Origin: Utricularia gibba
Lineage: Eukaryota; Plantae; Magnoliophyta
NCBI GenBank assembly: GCA_002189035.1
Contig: NEEC01000137.1
Span: 1 to 17,768 of the forward strand
Length of the DNA stretch: 17,768 bases
Reading direction: 5' to 3'
The position numbers were made by a program, and so were the translations under genes. Shown here piece after piece: positions 1-7,540 of the stretch (the first letter of the stretch is position 1; the number at the start of each line of letters is the position of its first letter). The notes under the pieces were generated by a model. The model worked only from the letters and a program-made list of their open reading frames with translations, was not told where the DNA came from and searched no databases.

Positions 1-1774
1 ACATGACTCATCACCGTTCGCAAGATATCCACTCGATACCGAAGAGTGCACGAGGCCACATGAGGTGTGGCTAGGGACACACCCTTAAATGATCATCTCG
101 AAATCCAAAATTTCACATCGTCCCATGAAATACATACGTCTTGCATGTCAAAAATCACATTCGCATCGAGTCAGGTGTCCCGAGTCACATTTTCGCGAAT
201 GTGGTGGCCACTTCGTTGCACATCTGAAGGCTAATATAAGGCAATCTTTCGAGCATTTGTGCAGCTCGGACGAACAAGTTCTCAACACGAAAGAAGACCG
301 CTCGGAACGAGCTTCGAAACGGTATGATATGTGCAACATGACTCATCACCGTTCGCAAGATATCCACTCGATACGAAGAGTGCACGAGGCCACCATGAGT
401 GGTGGCTAGGACACACCCTTAAATGATCATCTCGAAATCCAAATTTCACATCGTCCCATGAAATACATACGTCTTGCATGTCAAAAATCACATTCGCATC
501 GAGTCAGGTGTCCCGAGTCACATTTCGCGAATGTGGTGGCCACTTCGTTGCACATCTGAAGGCTAATATAAGGCAATCTTTCGAGCATTTGTGCAGCCTC
601 GGACGAACAAGTTCTCAACACGAAAGAAGACGGCTCGGAACGAGCTTCGAAACGGTATGATATGTGCAACATGACTCATCACCGTTCGCAAGATATCCAC
701 TCGATACCGAAGAGTGCACGAGGCCACCATGAGGTGTGGCTAGGGACACACCCTTAAATGATCATCTCGAAATCCAAAATTTCACATCGTCCCATGAAAT
801 ACATACGTCTTGCATGTCAAAAATCACATTCGCATCGAGTCAGGTGTCCCGAGTCACATTTTCGCGAATGTGGCCACTTCGTTGCACATCTGAAGGCTAA
901 TATAAGGCAATCTTTCGAGCATTTGTGCAGCCTCGGACGAACAAGTTCTCCACACGAAAAAGACCGGCTCGGAACGAGCTTCGAAACGGTATGATATGTG
1001 CAACATGACTCATCACCGTTTGAAGATATCCACTCGATACCGAAAGTGCACGAGGCCACCATGAGGTGTGGCTAGACACACCCTTAAATGATCATCTCGA
1101 AATCCAAAATTTCACATCGTCCATGAAATACATACGTCTTGCATGTCAAAAATCACATTCGCATCGAGTCAGGTGTCCCGAGTCACATTTTCGCGAATGT
1201 GGTGGCCACTTCGTTGCACATCTGAAGGCTAATATAAGGCAATCTTTCGAGCATTTGTGCAGCTCGGACGAACAAGTTCTCAACACGAAAGAAGACCGGC
1301 TCGGAACGAGCTTCGAAACGGTATGATATGTGCAACATGACTCATCACCGTTCGCAAGATATCCACTCGATACCGAAGAGTGCACGAGGCCACCATGAGG
1401 TGGTGGCTAGGGACACACCCTTAAATGATCATCTCGAAATCCAAAATTTCACATCGTCCCATGAAATACATACGTCTTGCATGTCAAAAATCACATTCGC
1501 ATCGAGTCAGGTGTCCCGAGTCACATTTTCGCGAATGTGGTGGCCACTTCGTTGCACATCTGAAGGCTAATATAAGGCAATCTTTCGAGCATTTGTGCAG
1601 CCTCGGACGAACAAGTTCTCAACACGAAAGAAGACCGGCTCGGAACGAGCTTCGAAACGGTATGATATGTGCAACATGACTCATCACCGTTCGCAAGATA
1701 TCCACTCGATACCGAAGAGTGCACGAGGCCACCATGAGGTGGTGGCTAGGGACACACCCTTAAATGATCATCTC

Positions 1775-1789
1775 GAAATCCAAAATTTC
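1775..1789. other. Small hairpin GAAAT-CCAAA-ATTTC (5-bp stem), one per monomer, opposite the main dyad axis
   Basis: GAAAT (1775-1779) is the reverse complement of ATTTC (1785-1789). The centre is 1782. Confidence 0.65.
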
Positions 1790-1848
1790 ACATCGTCCCA
1801 TGAAATACATACGTCTTGCATGTCAAAAATCACATTCGCATCGAGTCA

Positions 1849-2052
1849 GGTGTCCCGAGTCACATTTTCGCGAATGTGGTGGCCACTTCGTTGCACATCT
1901 GAAGGCTAATATAAGGCAATCTTTCGAGCATTTGTGCAGCCTCGGACGAACAAGTTCTCAACACGAAAGAAGACCGGCTCGGAACGAGCTTCGAAACGGT
2001 ATGATATGTGCAACATGACTCATCACCGTTCGCAAGATATCCACTCGATACC
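1849..2052. repeat. Imperfect long inverted repeat (dyad symmetry) inside each monomer, axis about 1952; shown for the reference copy
   Basis: Nested complementary blocks: GGTGT/ATACC, CGAGT/ACTCG, ATTTT/AAGAT, GCGAAT/GTTCGC, GGTGG/TCACC, GTTGCACAT/ATGTGCAAC, GAAG(G)CT/AGCTTC, TTTCGAGC/GCTCGGAA, TTTGTG/CACGAA, GAAC/GTTC. Coordinate sums are 3893-3906. Found by hand alignment, not by a folding program. Confidence 0.75.
1861..1886. other. Adjacent short palindromes: CACATT(TT)CGCGAATGTG (16-bp palindrome with 2 extra T) and GTGGCCAC (8-bp perfect), once per monomer
   Basis: Read directly at 1861-1878 and 1879-1886. Confidence 0.8.
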
Positions 2053-2066
2053 GAAGAGTGCACGAG

Positions 2067-2085
2067 GCCACCATGAGGTGGTGGC
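2067..2085. other. Local hairpin GCCACCA-TGAGG-TGGTGGC (7-bp perfect stem, 5-nt loop), one per monomer
   Basis: GCCACCA (2067-2073) is the exact reverse complement of TGGTGGC (2079-2085). Confidence 0.8.
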
Positions 2086-5000
2086 TAGGGACACACCCTT
2101 AAATGATCATCTCGAAATCCAAAATTTCACATCGTCCCATGAAATACATACGTCTTGCATGTCAAAAATCACATTCGCATCGAGTCAGGTGTCCCGAGTC
2201 ACATTTTCGCGAATGTGGTGGCCACTTCGTTGCACATCTGAAGGCTAATATAAGGCAATCTTTCGAGCATTTGTGCAGCCTCGGACGAACAAGTTCTCAA
2301 CACGAAAGAAGACGGCTCGGAACGAGCTTCGAAACGGTATGATATGTGCAACATGACTCATCACCGTTCGCAAGATATCCACTCGATACCGAAGAGTGCA
2401 CGAGGCCACCATGAGGTGGTGGCTAGGGACACACCCTTAAATGATCATCTCGAAATCCAAAATTTCACATCGTCCCATGAAATACATACGTCTTGCATGT
2501 CAAAAATCACATTCGCATCGAGTCAGGTGTCCCGAGTCACATTTTCGCGAATGTGGTGGCCACTTCGTTGCACATCTGAAGGCTAATATAAGGCAATCTT
2601 TCGAGCATTTGTGCAGCCTCGGACGAACAAGTTCTCAACACGAAAGAAGACCGGCTCGGAACGAGCTTCGAAACGGTATGATATGTGCAACATGACTCAT
2701 CACCGTTCGCAAGATATCCACTCGATACCGAAGAGTGCACGAGGCCACCATGAGGTGTGGCTAGGGACACACCCTTAAATGATCATCTCGAAATCCAAAA
2801 TTTCACATCGTCCCATGAAATACATACGTCTTGCATGTCAAAAATCACATTCGCATCGAGTCAGGTGTCCCGAGTCACATTTTCGCGAATGTGGTGGCCA
2901 CTTCGTTGCACATCTGAAGGCTAATATAAGGCAATCTTTCGAGCATTTGTGCAGCTCGGACGAACAAGTTCTCAACACGAAAGAAGACCGGCTCGGAACG
3001 AGCTTCGAAACGGTATGATATGTGCAACATGACTCATCACCGTTCGCAAGATATCCACTCGATACCGAAGAGTGCACGAGGCCACCATGAGGTGGTGGCT
3101 AGGGACACACCTTAAATGATCATCTCGAAATCCAAAATTTCACATCGTCCCATGAAATACATACGTCTTGCATGTCAAAAATCACATTCGCATCGAGTCA
3201 GGTGTCCCGAGTCACATTTTCGCGAATGTGGTGGCCACTTCGTTGCACATCTGAAGCTAATATAAGGCAATCTTTCGAGCATTTGTGCCCTCGGACGAAC
3301 AAGTTCTCAACACGAAAGAAGACCGGCTCGGAACGAGCTTCGAAACGGTATGATATGTGCAACATGACTCATCACCGTTCGCAAGATATCCACTCGATAC
3401 CGAAGAGTGCACGAGGCCACCATGAGGTGTGGCTAGACACACCCTTAAATGATCATCTCGAAATCCAAAATTTCACATCGTCCCATGAAATACATACGTC
3501 TTGCATGTCAAAAATCACATTCGCATCGAGTCAGGTGTCCCGAGTCACATTTTCGCGAATGTGGTGGCCACTTCGTTGCACATCTGAAGGCTAATATAAG
3601 GCAATCTTTCGAGCATTTGTGCAGCTCGGACGAACAAGTTCTCAACACGAAAGAAGACCGGCTCGGAACGAGCTTCGAAACGGTATGATATGTGCAACAT
3701 GACTCATCACCGTTCGCAAGATATCCACTCGATACCGAAGAGTGCACGAGGCCACCATGAGGTGTGGCTAGGGACACACCTTAAATGATCATCTCGAAAT
3801 CCAAAATTTCACATCGTCCCATGAAATACATACGTCTTGCATGTCAAAAATCACATTCGCATCGAGTCAGGTGTCCCGAGTCACATTTCGCGAATGTGGT
3901 GGCCACTTCGTTGCACATCTGAAGGCTAATATAAGGCAATCTTTCGAGCATTTGTGCAGCCTCGGACGAACAAGTTCTCAACACGAAAGAAGACCGGCTC
4001 GGAACGAGCTTCGAAACGGTATGATATGTGCAACATGACTCATCACCGTTCGCAAGATATCCACTCGATACCGAAGAGTGCACGAGGCCACCATGAGGTG
4101 GTGGCTAGGGACACACCCTTAAATGATCATCTCGAAATCCAAAATTTCACATCGTCCCATGAAATACATACGTCTTGCATGTCAAAAATCACATTCGCAT
4201 CGAGTCAGGTGTCCCGAGTCACATTTTCGCGAATGTGGTGGCCACTTCGTTGCACATCTGAAGGCTAATATAAGGCAATCTTTCGAGCATTTGTGCAGCT
4301 CGGACGAACAAGTTCTCAACACGAAAGAAGACCGGCTCGGAACGAGCTTCGAAACGGTATGATATGTGCAACATGACTCATCACCGTTCGCAAGATATCC
4401 ACTCGATACCGAAGAGTGCACGAGGCCACCATGAGGTGGTGGCTAGGGACACACCCTTAAATGATCATCTCGAAATCCAAAATTTCACATCGTCCCATGA
4501 AATACATACGTCTTGCATGTCAAAAATCACATTCGCATCGAGTCAGGTGTCCCGAGTCACATTTTCGCGAATGTGGTGGCCACTTCGTTGCACATCTGAA
4601 GGCTAATATAAGGCAATCTTTCGAGCATTTGTGCAGCCTCGGACGAACAAGTTCTCAACACGAAAGAAGACCGGCTCGGAACGAGCTTCGAAACGGTATG
4701 ATATGTGCAACATGACTCATCACCGTTCGCAAGATATCCACTCGATACCGAAGAGTGCACGAGGCCACCATGAGGTGGTGGCTAGGGACACACCCTTAAA
4801 TGATCATCTCGAAATCCAAAATTTCACATCGTCCCATGAAATACATACGTCTTGCATGTCAAAAATCACATTCGCATCGAGTCAGGTGTCCCGAGTCACA
4901 TTTTCGCGAATGTGGTGGCCACTTCGTTGCACATCTGAAGGCTAATATAAGGCAATCTTTCGAGCATTTGTGCAGCTCGGACGAACAAGTTCTCAACACG

Positions 5001-7540
5001 AAAGAAGACCGGCTCGGAACGAGCTTCGAAACGGTATGATATGTGCAACATGACTCATCACCGTTCGCAAGATATCCACTCGATACCGAAGAGTGCACGA
5101 GGCCACCATGAGGTGGTGGCTAGAGATCAGAAATCAAAATTTCACATCGTCCCATGAAATACCGTCTTGCATGTCAAAAATCACATTCGCATCGAGTCAG
5201 GTGTCCCGAGTCACATTTTCGCGAATGTGGTGGCCACTTCGTTGCACATCTGAAGGCTAATATAAGGCAATCTTTCGAGCATTTGTGCAGCCTCGGACGA
5301 ACAAGTTCTCAACACGAAAGAAGACCGGCTCGGAACGAGCTTCGAAACGGTATGATATGTGCAACATGACTCATCACCGTTCGCAAGATATCCACTCGAT
5401 ACCGAAGAGTGCACGAGGCCACCATGAGGTGGTGGCTAGGGACACACCCTTAAATGATCATCTCGAAATCCAAAATTTCACATCGTCCCATGAAATACAT
5501 ACGTCTTGCATGTCAAAAATCACATTCGCATCGAGTCAGGTGTCCGAGTCACATTTTCGCGAATGTGGTGGCCACTTCGTTGCACATCTGAAGGCTAATA
5601 TAAGGCAATCTTTCGAGCATTTGTGCAGCTCGGACGAACAAGTTCTCAACACGAAAGAAGACCGGCTCGGAACGAGCTTCGAAACGGTATGATATGTGCA
5701 ACATGACTCATCACCGTTCGCAAGATATCCACTCGATACCGAAGAGTGCACGAGGCCACCATGAGGTGGTGGCTAGGGACACACCCTTAAATGATCATCT
5801 CGAAATCCAAAATTTCACATCGTCCCATGAAATACATACGTCTTGCATGTCAAAAATCACATTCGCATCGAGTCAGGTGTCCCGAGTCACATTTTCGCGA
5901 ATGTGGTGGCCACTTCGTTGCACATCTGAAGGCTAATATAAGGCAATCTTTCGAGCATTTGTGCAGCCTCGGACGAACAAGTTCTCAACACGAAAGAAGA
6001 CCGGCTCGGAACGAGCTTCGAAACGGTATGATATGTGCAACATGACTCATCACCGTTCGCAAGATATCCACTCGATACCGAAGAGTGCACGAGGCCACCA
6101 TGAGGTGGTGGCTAGGGACACACCCTTAAATGATCATCTCGAAATCCAAAATTTCACATCGTCCCATGAAATACATACGTCTTGCATGTCAAAAATCACA
6201 TTCGCATCGAGTCAGGTGTCCCGAGTCACATTTTCGCGAATGTGGTGGCCACTTCGTTGCACATCTGAAGGCTAATATAAGGCAATCTTTCGAGCATTTG
6301 TGCAGCCTCGGACGAACAAGTTCTCAACACGAAAGAAGACCGGCTCGGAACGAGCTTCGAAACGGTATGATATGTGCAACATGACTCATCACCGTTCGCA
6401 AGATATCCACTCGATACCGAAGAGTGCACGAGGCCACCATGAGGTGTGGCTAGGGACACACCCTTAAATGATCATCTCGAAATCCAAAATTTCACATCGT
6501 CCCATGAAATACATACGTCTTGCATGTCAAAAATCACATTCGCATCGAGTCAGGTGTCCCGAGTCACATTTTCGCGAATGTGGTGGCCACTTCGTTGCAC
6601 ATCTGAAGGCTAATATAAGGCAATCTTTCGAGCATTTGTGCAGCCTCGGACGAACAAGTTCTCAACACGAAAGAAGACCGGCTCGGAACGAGCTTCGAAA
6701 CGGTATGATATGTGCAACATGACTCATCACCGTTCGCAAGATATCCACTCGATACCGAAGAGTGCACGAGGCCACCATGAGGTGGTGGCTAGGGACACAC
6801 CCTTAAATGATCATCTCGAAATCCAAAATTTCACATCGTCCCATGAAATACATACGTCTTGCATGTCAAAAATCACATTCGCATCGAGTCAGGTGTCCCG
6901 AGTCACATTTTCGCGAATGTGGTGGCCACTTCGTTGCACATCTGAAGGCTAATATAAGGCAATCTTTCGAGCATTTGTGCAGCTCGGACGAACAAGTTCT
7001 CAACACGAAAGAAGACCGGCTCGGAACGAGCTTCGAAACGGTATGATATGTGCAACATGACTCATCACCGTTCGCAAGATATCCACTCGATACCGAAGAG
7101 TGCACGAGGCCACCATGAGGTGGTGGCTAGGGACACACCCTTAAATGATCATCTCGAAATCCAAAATTTCACATCGTCCCATGAAATACATACGTCTTGC
7201 ATGTCAAAAATCACATTCGCATCGAGTCAGGTGTCCCGAGTCACATTTTCGCGAATGTGGTGGCCACTTCGTTGCACATCTGAAGGCTAATATAAGGCAA
7301 TCTTTCGAGCATTTGTGCAGCCTCGGACGAACAAGTTCTCAACACGAAAGAAGACCGGCTCGGAACGAGCTTCGAAACGGTATGATATGTGCAACATGAC
7401 TCATCACCGTTCGCAAGATATCCACTCGATACCGAAGAGTGCACGAGGCCACCATGAGGTGTGGCTAGGGACACACCCTAAATGATCATCTCGAAATCCA
7501 AAATTTCACATCGTCCCATGAAATACATACGTCTTGCATG

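Larger units (their letters stand above)
1764..2102 (+). repeat. Reference (consensus-type) 339-bp monomer
   Basis: Matches the majority state at the variable sites (GCAGCCTCGG, GAGGTGGTGGC, CTAGGGAC, CATTTTCG, CACCCTTAA). The same length and states are seen in e.g. 1425-1763, 13428-13766, 13767-14105 and 14106-14444. Hand count gives C=86 and G=75 of 339. Confidence 0.95.
1..7540 (+). repeat. Left homogeneous sub-array, about 22 near-intact monomers
   Basis: Units are mostly 330-339 bp and differ by small deletions. One larger junction loss occurs at about 5121-5165. Confidence 0.9.

Noticed and set aside
1821-1865. TGTC-N5-TCACA as bacterial CRP sites
   Set aside because: CRP needs TGTGA-N6-TCACA. 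The spacing and left half-site are wrong, and there is no evidence of a bacterial promoter context.
1907-1926. Hairpin-ribozyme loop B-like UAUAUUA on the - strand, with CGAAAGA just upstream
   Set aside because: The flanking helices 3 and 4 cannot be formed, and the conserved AGAAACA and GUAUAUUAC contexts do not match.
1899-2026. Hammerhead ribozyme near-matches: CTGAAGG (+, 1899-1905) and GTGATGAGTC (-, 2026-2017)
   Set aside because: The core requires CUGANGA followed by stem II and GAAA. The + hit has G at the last position and no GAAA after a stem. The - hit starts with G, and the next CGAAA is about 90 nt away. A covariance-model search would be needed to exclude divergent forms.
1764-2102. 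Known Pospiviroidae or Avsunviroidae viroid (size match)
   Set aside because: No central conserved region I recognise (e.g. GGAUCCCCGGGGAAAC-type or UCGUCGUCGAC-type) and no paired hammerheads. GC content is also lower than in most viroids.
1764-2102. DRT2/Neo-like or zeta-like endless ORF
   Set aside because: The + strand has a stop in each frame per unit and the - strand carries twelve stop triplets, with only short ORFs in the track. No reverse transcriptase gene is in the window. Only the weaker single-stop observation is kept.
1764-2102. 5S rDNA, tRNA or snRNA tandem gene unit
   Set aside because: No recognisable 5S rRNA, tRNA cloverleaf or A/B box, spliced-leader or U-snRNA sequence in the monomer.
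1764-2102. Apparent abundance of 6-bp palindromic sites (TGATCA, AAATTT, TCGCGA, TGGCCA, TTCGAA, GATATC, GTGCAC)
   Set aside because: Seven observed versus about 339/64 = 5 expected, so not enriched.
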